In this document: positions 1 through 8,732 of the stretch, one piece after another
Position numbering within the stretch: the first letter of the stretch is position 1
Layout: the number at the start of each line of letters is the position of its first letter
Virus record (IMG/VR): IMGVR_UViG_3300028591_000171
Coordinates: 1-64,000 of that record
DNA: 64,000 bases
DNA from: a virus
Taxonomy: Duplodnaviria > Caudoviricetes
Reading direction: 5' to 3' (one strand)
Program-made: the position numbers and the translations under genes
The notes under the pieces: model-generated
The model's input: only the letters and a program-made list of their open reading frames with translations
The model's database searches: none
Told to the model about the DNA's origin: nothing

Positions 1-1
1 C

Positions 2-145
2 AACATACAGTCCGACAACATGTCCGTGGTCTACGAGATACCGATGATAAACATCGCCGGCGAGGAGTACCTCTTCATCCAGAACAACGACATCGAGTAC
101 GTTGTCGAAGATTACGAGGTTGACGAGGGAGGGCTCCTGCAGTGA
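2..145 (+). CDS. Partial (5'-truncated) ORF, GroES/Cpn10-like C-terminus
   Basis: Not in the ORF track. Frame 2 reads NIQSDNMSVVYEIPMINIAGEEYLFIQNNDIEYVVEDYEVDEGGLLQ*. INIAGEEYLFIQNNDI resembles the GroES C-terminal pattern (v.idgeeYlil.e.DI). Confidence 0.5.
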   Translation, partial: NIQSDNMSVVYEIPMINIAGEEYLFIQNNDIEYVVEDYEVDEGGLLQ

Positions 146-327
146 TACCCATACCTTGCAAGGATGACATGGAGCGTCTTGGTTTAGGCGTAAGGCTTAA
201 GTTCTTTGAGCCTGAGGAGCTTACGGAGGAACAGGTCCAGAGGATACTGGAGCACTATAAGTCCATTAAGGAATTCAAGGACACTTTTGACGAGTCGGCA
301 ACTGGTGTCAACACTGGCGTATTATGA
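142..327 (+). CDS. Hypothetical protein (61 aa)
   Basis: GTG start overlaps the previous TGA and its stop overlaps the next ATG (coupled operon). Confidence 0.55.
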   Translation: MIPIPCKDDMERLGLGVRLKFFEPEELTEEQVQRILEHYKSIKEFKDTFDESATGVNTGVL

Positions 328-845
328 AGCTGATAGAGTTTGACGGTATGGAGTTCAAGGTGGCTGACGAGGCTTTTCTCGTCAGGCCAATCCGTGAGCT
401 TTTCGAGGAGGACAAGACCAAGAGGAAGGAGAAATTCTGGAGACAGATATCCTACCTGTGGTTCATGTGTGACCCGAGGAGCTCGTACATGTACCTGACA
501 AACGACATCGAGCGTTCTGTCGAGGTGAAGAGGCAGGAGGGCTTTGACAAGGACTGGGAGCCTTCCGCGTTGCTTAAGGAGGCTATGGACGTGTACCGCA
601 GGCAAGTCGTCACGACGTCCGCCATTCTCCTTGAGGGTATGCGCAAGGGTATAGACAAGCTCAGCTCGTTCCTCAGCACGACAGATTTCACCGACAAGAC
701 TGTTGCGTCGATGACAAGCGCCCTCAGGCAGATACCGGAGCTCGCGAGGGCTCTCGTCGAGGCCGAGAAATCTCTCGCCAAGGACTTTGACACAGAGGAC
801 AAGGCCAGGGGCAGCGCGGTAAAGGCTGTCGGTGAGGATGTGTGA
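324..845 (+). CDS. Conserved crAss-like hypothetical protein upstream of terL (173 aa)
   Basis: Strong phage-type codon bias, coupled to neighbours, helical protein. A small-terminase role is possible from position only. Confidence 0.7.
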   Translation: MKLIEFDGMEFKVADEAFLVRPIRELFEEDKTKRKEKFWRQISYLWFMCDPRSSYMYLTNDIERSVEVKRQEGFDKDWEPSALLKEAMDVYRRQVVTTSAILLEGMRKGIDKLSSFLSTTDFTDKTVASMTSALRQIPELARALVEAEKSLAKDFDTEDKARGSAVKAVGEDV

Positions 846-846
846 T

Positions 847-1260
847 ATGAGTAGAGGGTTTATAGAGCATCTTCTTGACGATCCGATAGAGATGGAACGT
901 GTTCTCAAAGCGTATGACGCCGACATGGTGGCTTTGTGGGATGAGCATTCGGAAAGTGTTGTGTATGAACCTGTAAATAATTTGTCAGAATGTCTTGACC
1001 TTAATCTTCCGGATGTGCAGAAAAGGCCTTTTGAGGAATCTATAAACAGGGAGAGGTGGAAAAACAGATATAAGGAGATTATGGCGAATCCGAGAACAGT
1101 CGGTGAGATATTGTCCGAGTTGAATGAGAAGATACGTTCTGGTGAGCCTATACATATATGCGGATACGTATATCTTTTCGACGGTGAGGGTGTGAAGGTT
1201 TTCACGGAATATGAATTCAAGCATTTCTTCCATGGAAACGACAGTGATTCAGACGAATAG
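847..1260 (+). CDS. Hypothetical protein
   Basis: ORF 832..1260; probable ATG at 847. Fills the gap before terL. Confidence 0.55.
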   Translation: MSRGFIEHLLDDPIEMERVLKAYDADMVALWDEHSESVVYEPVNNLSECLDLNLPDVQKRPFEESINRERWKNRYKEIMANPRTVGEILSELNEKIRSGEPIHICGYVYLFDGEGVKVFTEYEFKHFFHGNDSDSDE

Positions 1261-3484
1261 GTATCAGACTCCGGTAACGAAATCGTGGCTCGAGTCGTTC
1301 CCTGACGACGTGCGCGAGCAATTCCTTGAGTTCGTGGACACCGTTCCTCTCATCAAATGGATGATAGGGGAGCGTCCTAGGGCGAAGGATCTGCCGAGGG
1401 ATGACAATGGCAGGATAATAGTAGATATCACCCATCCGCACATCCTGGAAGATATGGATTATTTCCGTCCCGCGGCTATTTTTTATGAGCAGAACGGTTG
1501 CTACTCGCTCCTTAAACCTAACTCCAACCCCAATAGCGAGTACGGGAAATGGTTCAACGAGGAGGTCAGGCGTTGCCGTGAGGGCTATGTCAGGGAATCT
1601 GACGGCGAGTGGATAACGGGCCAGATGTACTGGTACATGAACTACTGCCAGATAATGCTCAACAGGAAATCCGAGACATCGGGGGTCTATCTCAGGGTTG
1701 AGGACTTCCCTGATTTCTGGGAGGGTATCTATTACAGGTTCCATTATCTTGAGCAGGCCAGGATGCGTGGGAAGCATTGCATGGAGCTGGCGCGAAGGGG
1801 GTGTTCCAAGTCTTTCTCTCTCGCGTCGATGATGTCGCATAACCTGATACTTGGCGAGAACTCGGAGAACAAGAGACGTGTCACCTCTATCCTTACGGCG
1901 TACACGAAGGAGTATCTGGCCTCCAAGGACGGCACGCTCACGAAGTTCACGCCTATGGTGGATTTTTGCGCGGAGCACACAGAGTTCCCAAGGCTTATGG
2001 TGAAGCGGTCACAGGCCGAGATGGTGTGGCAGATGGGGTACAAGAACACAAACGGCAACATAAAGGGCTCGCTCAATTCCGTGATGGCTGTCTCCGTCAA
2101 GGATGACGAGGGCAAGATAAGGGGTAAGCGAGGATTCGTCTACTTTGAGGAGATGGGTAACTACCCGAGGTTCCTCGCGGTGTGGGATAACGTCAGGGAC
2201 TCTGTCAAGGAAGGCAGTCATGTCTTCGCCCAGTTGTACGCCGTTGGAACAGCTGGAGACAAGGAGTCTGATTTCAGCAGTATCAAGACTGTCCTGTATA
2301 ACCCGTCGGCTTATGAGGTATACGCGTTGGAGAACGTCTATGACCAGAAGGGAAAAGGCAATGATAAGTTCGCGTATTTCTTTCCGTCGTATATATCGAG
2401 GGCTGGATGCATGGACAAGGATGGGAACTCTGACGTGACAGCAGCCCTGATGGAGATCCTCATGGAGCGTTGGATGGTCAAGCAGGGCGGTGACCCGGCG
2501 TCACTTCTCTCGCGTATAGCGCAGATGCCTATAACGCCAGCGGAGGCAATATTGAAGGTCAAGTCCAATTTCTTCCCTGTCGTGGCCCTCAACGAGAGGC
2601 TCAGACAGCTCGACACTAACCCGAGGGCCTTCGATGACGTGTATGTCGGAGCGCTGGTCGATGTCGGCGGGCATGTTGATTTCAGGGTCACGGACGACGT
2701 CCCAATAAGGAAATGGCCAGTTGACAACACCGAGCAGGGGGCTCTTGAGATATACGCGATGCCTTCTTCCGGCACCATACCGAACCACAGGTACATAATC
2801 GGCGTCGACCCTGTGGACAATGACCAGGCCGAGTCGTCGTCACTCTTCTCGTGCATCGTGTTCGACATGTTCACGGATGAGATAGTCGCCGAGTACACAG
2901 GGAGGAAGCCTTTCGCCGAGGACAATTATGAGATTGTCAGGCTCTTGGGCGTCTACTATAACGCGTCCATAATGTACGAGGCGAACCGCAAGGGCATGTA
3001 CGCGTATTTCGCCAAGACGCACTCGACTTGGATGCTCGCCGATTGCCCGGAGTATCTGAGGGACAGGCAGCTGGTCAAGTACTCCATGTTCGGCAGCGCC
3101 CAGAAAGGCATCACGGTGAACGCACCGCTCATAGCGTACGCGAACGACCTGATAAGGGACTGGCTCAACAAGACATATCCGAGGGAGGTAAAGGACGAGA
3201 GGGGTGAGATCCATATCCAGCAGGTGCCGCAGCTCTACAAGATAAGAAACAGGGCCCTGCTGCAGGAGCTGGTGTCCTATGGTCCTGAGGTTAACGTCGA
3301 CCGTGTCAGGGCGTTATCACAGGTCATGCTGTACAGGGAGCAGTTCATCATACTCTATGGCGGCTCTCCTGACGCCAACGACAATGGCGGTGACGACGTG
3401 TCTGACGATGACTTCTTCGATATCGATTGGAACAGGCACAAGGCGGCGCTTGGCTCGAGATACAATTCCACTTTCAATCAGTAA
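1232..3484 (+). CDS. terL: Terminase large subunit
   Basis: Walker A-like ELARRGCSKSFS, Walker B-like VYFEEMG, nuclease motif YIIGVDPVD. About 750 aa, directly before the portal gene. ORF opens at 1211; ATG at 1232 preferred. Confidence 0.9.
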   Translation: METTVIQTNRYQTPVTKSWLESFPDDVREQFLEFVDTVPLIKWMIGERPRAKDLPRDDNGRIIVDITHPHILEDMDYFRPAAIFYEQNGCYSLLKPNSNPNSEYGKWFNEEVRRCREGYVRESDGEWITGQMYWYMNYCQIMLNRKSETSGVYLRVEDFPDFWEGIYYRFHYLEQARMRGKHCMELARRGCSKSFSLASMMSHNLILGENSENKRRVTSILTAYTKEYLASKDGTLTKFTPMVDFCAEHTEFPRLMVKRSQAEMVWQMGYKNTNGNIKGSLNSVMAVSVKDDEGKIRGKRGFVYFEEMGNYPRFLAVWDNVRDSVKEGSHVFAQLYAVGTAGDKESDFSSIKTVLYNPSAYEVYALENVYDQKGKGNDKFAYFFPSYISRAGCMDKDGNSDVTAALMEILMERWMVKQGGDPASLLSRIAQMPITPAEAILKVKSNFFPVVALNERLRQLDTNPRAFDDVYVGALVDVGGHVDFRVTDDVPIRKWPVDNTEQGALEIYAMPSSGTIPNHRYIIGVDPVDNDQAESSSLFSCIVFDMFTDEIVAEYTGRKPFAEDNYEIVRLLGVYYNASIMYEANRKGMYAYFAKTHSTWMLADCPEYLRDRQLVKYSMFGSAQKGITVNAPLIAYANDLIRDWLNKTYPREVKDERGEIHIQQVPQLYKIRNRALLQELVSYGPEVNVDRVRALSQVMLYREQFIILYGGSPDANDNGGDDVSDDDFFDIDWNRHKAALGSRYNSTFNQ

Positions 3485-3552
3485 GTGATTCGGTTACACG
3501 TTGATTTCGAGACGGATCTTTCAGTAGATTCGCCCCAGATAATTGTGTTTTT

Positions 3553-5997
3553 ATGTACTTTGATACCACATTCCCGAGACAGACGCTGCCGTACAAGTCC
3601 AAAGGTGACAAGTGGCGTGACGCCGTGATGTCTTGGGCTGAGAAGAAGACATATTTCAGCGACTCGCCTGTGAGGAAGAGCGTGGTTCACTCCAAGATTA
3701 ACTACGACCTTCTCAACGGCATAATCCATATGGAGGATGTCGCCGCCATACTGAATCCGGGTAACATATCCACAGCTTTCCTGCCGGAGAAGATACAGCA
3801 TTATCCCATCATCAACTCGAAGATCAACACGTTGAGGGGAGAGGAGGCTGGAAGGGTCTTTGACTGGAGGGTCATAGTGACCAACCCGTACTCAATATCC
3901 AAGATAGAGGAGGACAAGAGGGCGGCTTTCGACAAGTCGGTCCAGGAGATAGTCGAGGATACGTCGATAGACGCGCAGCAGGCCGAGTCCCAGCTCAGGG
4001 AGAACCAGGAGTTCTACGAGTACAGCTGGCAGGATCTGCGTGAGATAAGGGCCAATGAGCTTCTCAGGCATTACTCCAAGGAGCTGGGTTTCAAGCAGAT
4101 ATTCAACGACGGTTTCGTTGACGCGTGCGTTTGCGCCACGGAGGCTTACCAGTGCTGCATAGTCGGCGGCGAGCCGAGGATAGTAAGGATGAACCCGCTT
4201 AAGCTCAGGGCTTACTGCGCGGGATACTCCGACAGGCTCGAGGACGCCGACGTCATCATCTATGAGGACTACTGGACCAGGGGGAGGATCATCGACACGT
4301 GGTACGATGAGCTCTCCGCCAAGGACGTCAAGTGGCTGAGTGACGACATCCCGGAGTTCGGCGGCGACTCGTATCTGACACCTGAGGGGGCGTACAACGA
4401 GGCGGCTCCTTTCCTCAACGCCCGTCACATGATAGGCGAGGAGGGAATCCTCATAGGCGAGGGGAGCGGTCTCGGGTATGTCTATGACGCCTTCCCTGAG
4501 ATGGGTGGCGGATTGGGGACGACCCTTCTCCCGTATGATATAGCCGGCAATGTGAGGGTTCTCCGTGTCTGGTGGAAATCCAAGAGGAAGATATACAAGG
4601 TCAAGTCATACGACCCTGTCACCGGCGACGAGGTGTTCGACTTCTATCCAGAGACATACGTCCCCGACAAGGACGCCGGCGAGGAGGCGACGCCGCTGTG
4701 GATCAACGAGGCCTGGGAGGGCGTCAGGATAGGTGATAAGATAAACGTCGGGGTGCGCCCGTGCCTTGTGCAGCACAACTCGATATCCAACCCGTCGAGG
4801 TGCCATTTCGGCATCGTCGGCACAATATACAACATCAACGAGTCGAGGCCTTACTCCGTTGTCGACATGATGAAGCCGTACAACTACCTGTACGACGCAG
4901 TGCACGCGAAGCTCGTTGACCTCATAGCCACAAACTGGGGCAAGCTCCTCGAGATGGATCTGGCGCTCAAGCCGAAGAACTGGGAGGTTGACAAGTGGAT
5001 GTATTTCGCCAGGGCGAACAAGGTCCTCATCAAGGACTCCTTCAACGAGGGCAACAAGGGAGCCGCCACGGGCAAGCTCGCCGGAGGCCTCAACAACGCG
5101 TCGAAGGGTTATATCGACGCCGACTGGGGCAACTCCATACAGAACTACATCAGCATTCTCCAGTGGGCCAAGGACGCCATGTCGGATCTCGTGGGTATCA
5201 ACCGCCAGAGGGAGGGCAACACCTACAACAGGGAGACAGTAGGGGGCATCGAGAGGGCTGTCCTGCAGTCGTCATACATAACCGACTGGCTCTTCCAGAA
5301 GCATGACGACACCAAGAGAAGGGTTCTCGAGTGCTTCCTTGAGGAGTGCAAGGCCGCTCTAAGGGGCAGGAGCAAGAAGTTCCAGTACATACTGTCCGAT
5401 TACTCCATGAGGGTTATGGACATCGACGGCGACGAGTTCGCGGAGTCCGATTACGGGATAGTGGTGGACAACTCGACAGACACGCAGAAGCTCAACAGCC
5501 AGATAGAGACGATAGCCCAGGCGGCTGTGCAGAACCAGGCGCTTGACTTCGCCTCCATCCTCAAGCTCTACTCATCGGCATCCACGTCGGAGAAGATAAA
5601 GATAGTCGAGGTGTCCCAGAAGAGGGCGCAGCAGCAGGCTCAGGAGCAGGCCCAGCAGGCCCAGCAGCTCGAGCAGCAGAAGATACAGGCCCAGCAGCAG
5701 ATCGAGTCACAGAAGCTCCAGCAGCAGGATATCCTCAACCGGAGGGACAACGAGACAAAGATACAGGTCGCGGAGATCAACTCCAGGGCCGAGTACATGC
5801 GTCTCGGAATCTACGCTGAGGAGAACGACGAGGAGCTCGTTCACGAGAAGCTCGACATCGATAGGGAGAAGCTGCGCGAGGAGATAAGACAATTCGACAT
5901 GGAGTTGAGGCAGAAGGATAAGGAGCTTGACCAGAAGAAAGAGGTGGAACTCAAGAAGATAGCCGCGCAAAAAACTAAAGCGAGTAATAGCAAATAA
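3553..5997 (+). CDS. Portal protein (crAss-like)
   Basis: 814 aa after terL. IQHYPIINSKINTLRGEE segment typical of crAss-like portals; Q/E/K-rich coiled-coil C-terminus. Confidence 0.85.
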   Translation: MYFDTTFPRQTLPYKSKGDKWRDAVMSWAEKKTYFSDSPVRKSVVHSKINYDLLNGIIHMEDVAAILNPGNISTAFLPEKIQHYPIINSKINTLRGEEAGRVFDWRVIVTNPYSISKIEEDKRAAFDKSVQEIVEDTSIDAQQAESQLRENQEFYEYSWQDLREIRANELLRHYSKELGFKQIFNDGFVDACVCATEAYQCCIVGGEPRIVRMNPLKLRAYCAGYSDRLEDADVIIYEDYWTRGRIIDTWYDELSAKDVKWLSDDIPEFGGDSYLTPEGAYNEAAPFLNARHMIGEEGILIGEGSGLGYVYDAFPEMGGGLGTTLLPYDIAGNVRVLRVWWKSKRKIYKVKSYDPVTGDEVFDFYPETYVPDKDAGEEATPLWINEAWEGVRIGDKINVGVRPCLVQHNSISNPSRCHFGIVGTIYNINESRPYSVVDMMKPYNYLYDAVHAKLVDLIATNWGKLLEMDLALKPKNWEVDKWMYFARANKVLIKDSFNEGNKGAATGKLAGGLNNASKGYIDADWGNSIQNYISILQWAKDAMSDLVGINRQREGNTYNRETVGGIERAVLQSSYITDWLFQKHDDTKRRVLECFLEECKAALRGRSKKFQYILSDYSMRVMDIDGDEFAESDYGIVVDNSTDTQKLNSQIETIAQAAVQNQALDFASILKLYSSASTSEKIKIVEVSQKRAQQQAQEQAQQAQQLEQQKIQAQQQIESQKLQQQDILNRRDNETKIQVAEINSRAEYMRLGIYAEENDEELVHEKLDIDREKLREEIRQFDMELRQKDKELDQKKEVELKKIAAQKTKASNSK

Positions 5998-6011
5998 CTA
6001 AAGTAACAGAT

Positions 6012-6884
6012 ATGCACTTCACTAAATCACAGATAGAGGAGATAGCCAGGAGACTCGCCCTGATAACGAAGAGGGACTCCGAGCTTCCTGACGCCGAGAT
6101 TCCTCTCGACGAGTCGGAGAAGGTTCCGATCATACAGTACATACCTCTTGTGCAGGATTACGAGAACAGGCTCCTGTCTCTCGCTGATTTGAGGAGTCTT
6201 GTTCTCGCCGATGTTGACCAGACCGCCATAGCCTGCAGGCTTAAGGTCACATGTAACACTCCGGGCGCCACAGTCAAGATCAAGGGCTCGACGAGGACCA
6301 ACTATATCGGTTATTACGGCGAGATGGTTGATGTGGTTATCACGGCGAACGATTATGACGCGTGGTTCGGTGTCGTCACATTGACGCAGGACCATACTGT
6401 TGTGGTGTCGCTGAACAAGTCAGGAGGCGGATCTCCGACCCCGGGGACAACCACATACTATGTCAAGATAAACAATAACCAGAGCGCGAGGATAACGGTT
6501 AACGGAAATCAGGTCGCTTCAGGATCGATGAACTATTTCGAGTCTGACGAGCGTGTTGAGATTTACGTGACAAAGGACGGTTATACTCCATGGTCAAAGA
6601 CCATAACCGGCATAAGCTCGAACTTCACGCAAACTGTCATACTTACCCAATCCGAGGACGAGCAGGAGTCCCCTTACATAAGGTTCAATAAGGACGAGGT
6701 GAGGTTGCCGTCAATGAACGCGTCCGGATCCGCTGAGATACAGTCGAACATATCGTGGGAGATTGACGGGGATGACGCCAGGACTCCTGAGCAGGACGCC
6801 GACACCGACGAGCCGACAATCAATGACAGTGAGGTTTTGTCGACATACAACATGATTGTCGGTGAGAGTGTTGATCTTGAGTAA
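6012..6884 (+). CDS. Putative capsid/head-fibre anchor protein with Ig-like segments
   Basis: N-terminus (MHFT...KRDSELPDAEIPL...EKVPIIQ) and position after the portal gene resemble the crAss001 head-fibre trimer gene. Beta-rich repeats; BACON N-half (SNISWEI) and Big_2 N-half (MIVGESVDLE) near the C-terminus. Confidence 0.6.
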   Translation: MHFTKSQIEEIARRLALITKRDSELPDAEIPLDESEKVPIIQYIPLVQDYENRLLSLADLRSLVLADVDQTAIACRLKVTCNTPGATVKIKGSTRTNYIGYYGEMVDVVITANDYDAWFGVVTLTQDHTVVVSLNKSGGGSPTPGTTTYYVKINNNQSARITVNGNQVASGSMNYFESDERVEIYVTKDGYTPWSKTITGISSNFTQTVILTQSEDEQESPYIRFNKDEVRLPSMNASGSAEIQSNISWEIDGDDARTPEQDADTDEPTINDSEVLSTYNMIVGESVDLE

Positions 6885-6903
6885 ACAATAAAAATAATAT
6901 ATT

Positions 6904-8022
6904 ATGCCTAAGGTTTATAGAGTTAAGAACAGTAACATAGCCGAGGTTTCCAACGGTAAGTTGGTCGCGAAGTCGGCTGGACAGACCTCAATGTCGGTAT
7001 ATAATGATGTGGTGTCTGACGAGAACTATGTCGGTCAGGCGCAGATCAACGTCACATCCCAACAGGAGGCTGTCGAGACGTCGGGTATCTCGATAAGCCC
7101 GTCATCGGTAACACTCACCTTCGCCTATAATGTCGGGTTGCAGCTCAAGGCAACTATCACTCCGCCCTCGGCGTCAAGCAACGACATCGTCTGGACAACG
7201 TCTGACAAGAACATAGCGACTGTTAGCAAGAAGGGATACGTGAAGGCCGCGAAGAAGAAGGCTGGTGTCGCCACGATAACCGCCACGGCTAACGGGTACT
7301 CTGACACCTGTATAGTTACCGTTGACGCCAGCGGCACATATATCAAGTCGGTATCCCCTATTCAGTTAAGTGTGCCAGCCACGCGAAAAACAGACACCAA
7401 GATAAAGGTTGTCCAGGAGGTTCTTGGCGGATATGACTCAGGCTACACAGTGTTCTCTCCGCTTTATGATTCTGTGGAGACGTCAAGTGAGACTCCAACA
7501 GGGTTCAATCTCATCACTCCTGAGAACTGGGGAAACGCCAGGGAGTACACCGTGTATGTCCATGGAAACTACAATGATGACGAGGGATGCGAGATTAAGG
7601 TATCACAAGCCGGAAGCACGAAGGTCAAGGATTTCCGGGACAGCGACGAGGGTTATGTTGATTCTGACGGCACACCTTATCTTTATGGCGATTCACCTTT
7701 CACTGGAGCTATCTATTATGAGTGCGCCGTTGATTACGGTGCCCAAATCCTTAGTAACGTGAATGTGAGCGGGAGCTGGATACATCTTGACACCAGAAAT
7801 AGTGGTCTCGTTGGTCTCGGAACCGGTTATACCGCCACTCAGGTCAACGAGTACGCTCAACATGGGACGATTAATGGAGAGAACCCTCATTTTCAAGGCA
7901 AGACAGCTACATACTATGTTCGTGTAACATTTGACGCGAATGACGGGGCCGAGAGAACTGGAACTTTGACATTCCCTGGAAACAAGGTGTTTACAATACA
8001 CCAGGATGCTGAATCTATCTAA
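6904..8022 (+). CDS. Ig-like (Big_2) and BACON domain protein
   Basis: Big_2 signature ISISPSSVTL...LKATITP...IVWTTSDKNIATVSKKG.VKA...ATITATA; C-terminal ANDGAERTGTLTF...TIHQD BACON-like end. Confidence 0.75.
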   Translation: MPKVYRVKNSNIAEVSNGKLVAKSAGQTSMSVYNDVVSDENYVGQAQINVTSQQEAVETSGISISPSSVTLTFAYNVGLQLKATITPPSASSNDIVWTTSDKNIATVSKKGYVKAAKKKAGVATITATANGYSDTCIVTVDASGTYIKSVSPIQLSVPATRKTDTKIKVVQEVLGGYDSGYTVFSPLYDSVETSSETPTGFNLITPENWGNAREYTVYVHGNYNDDEGCEIKVSQAGSTKVKDFRDSDEGYVDSDGTPYLYGDSPFTGAIYYECAVDYGAQILSNVNVSGSWIHLDTRNSGLVGLGTGYTATQVNEYAQHGTINGENPHFQGKTATYYVRVTFDANDGAERTGTLTFPGNKVFTIHQDAESI

Positions 8023-8034
8023 TGAATATCTGAT

Positions 8035-8706
8035 ATGGCTACATATAACAACATAACATTGTCACCAGGTTCAGGCTCTGGCGACACTGGGCTGAGCGTG
8101 ACAGCGACCGACAACTGGGGTAGAAACGTGAGAAGCGCCGTGTTCACGGCTGGCAATACTGATTTGGACGTCGTGTCTGATAACAACCTTGTTGTCACAC
8201 AGAGCGGTCACGCGGCGTTCATAAGCTTGGAGAATGCGAGTGTGGGCTCATCCGGCGGGACCGTCACGATGTCCGGCTATTCGAATTACGAGACGTTGAC
8301 ATTCGCTGATCTCCCTGGAGGCAACTCCCTGTTGCAGTATTTCGACTCGGCGACCATAAGCACAGACGTTGAGATAAGTGATGTGCAGGAGTTGACATCA
8401 GGGTATTCTCCTACCGGTGATCCTGGCGGAACGAACCGCTATCCAGTCACGTTGACGTTTGACGTCCCAGGCGAGGCTGTCGCCGGAACATATTCTTTCA
8501 CTGTTAACGGCAACACTTTCACATGCGTGAAAGAGGGCGGAGTCGAGCCTGTCGGCGCTGAGATATGGTTCTCTGACGGGCAATCGTCAACACCCACGTC
8601 AATCAATTTGACAATAACACTTGATGCCGATGGTAACAGGTCTGGAGGTGCGTCAAGCCCGTATATCAACACGGATCCGGGCGGTACATCCTGGACAATA
8701 TCGTAG
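8035..8706 (+). CDS. BACON-like fibre protein
   Basis: Starts with LSPGSGSGDT.LSVTA.DNWGR..RSA..VVTQ and ends with ITLDADG...GTSWTIS. Confidence 0.7.
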   Translation: MATYNNITLSPGSGSGDTGLSVTATDNWGRNVRSAVFTAGNTDLDVVSDNNLVVTQSGHAAFISLENASVGSSGGTVTMSGYSNYETLTFADLPGGNSLLQYFDSATISTDVEISDVQELTSGYSPTGDPGGTNRYPVTLTFDVPGEAVAGTYSFTVNGNTFTCVKEGGVEPVGAEIWFSDGQSSTPTSINLTITLDADGNRSGGASSPYINTDPGGTSWTIS

Positions 8707-8732
8707 ACTGATGACTATTAAATATTAAGAAT

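Noticed and set aside
255-1978. Long - strand ORFs (321 aa and 253 aa) opposite the terminase operon
   Set aside because: Antisense shadows of strongly codon-biased + strand genes; no recognisable motifs.
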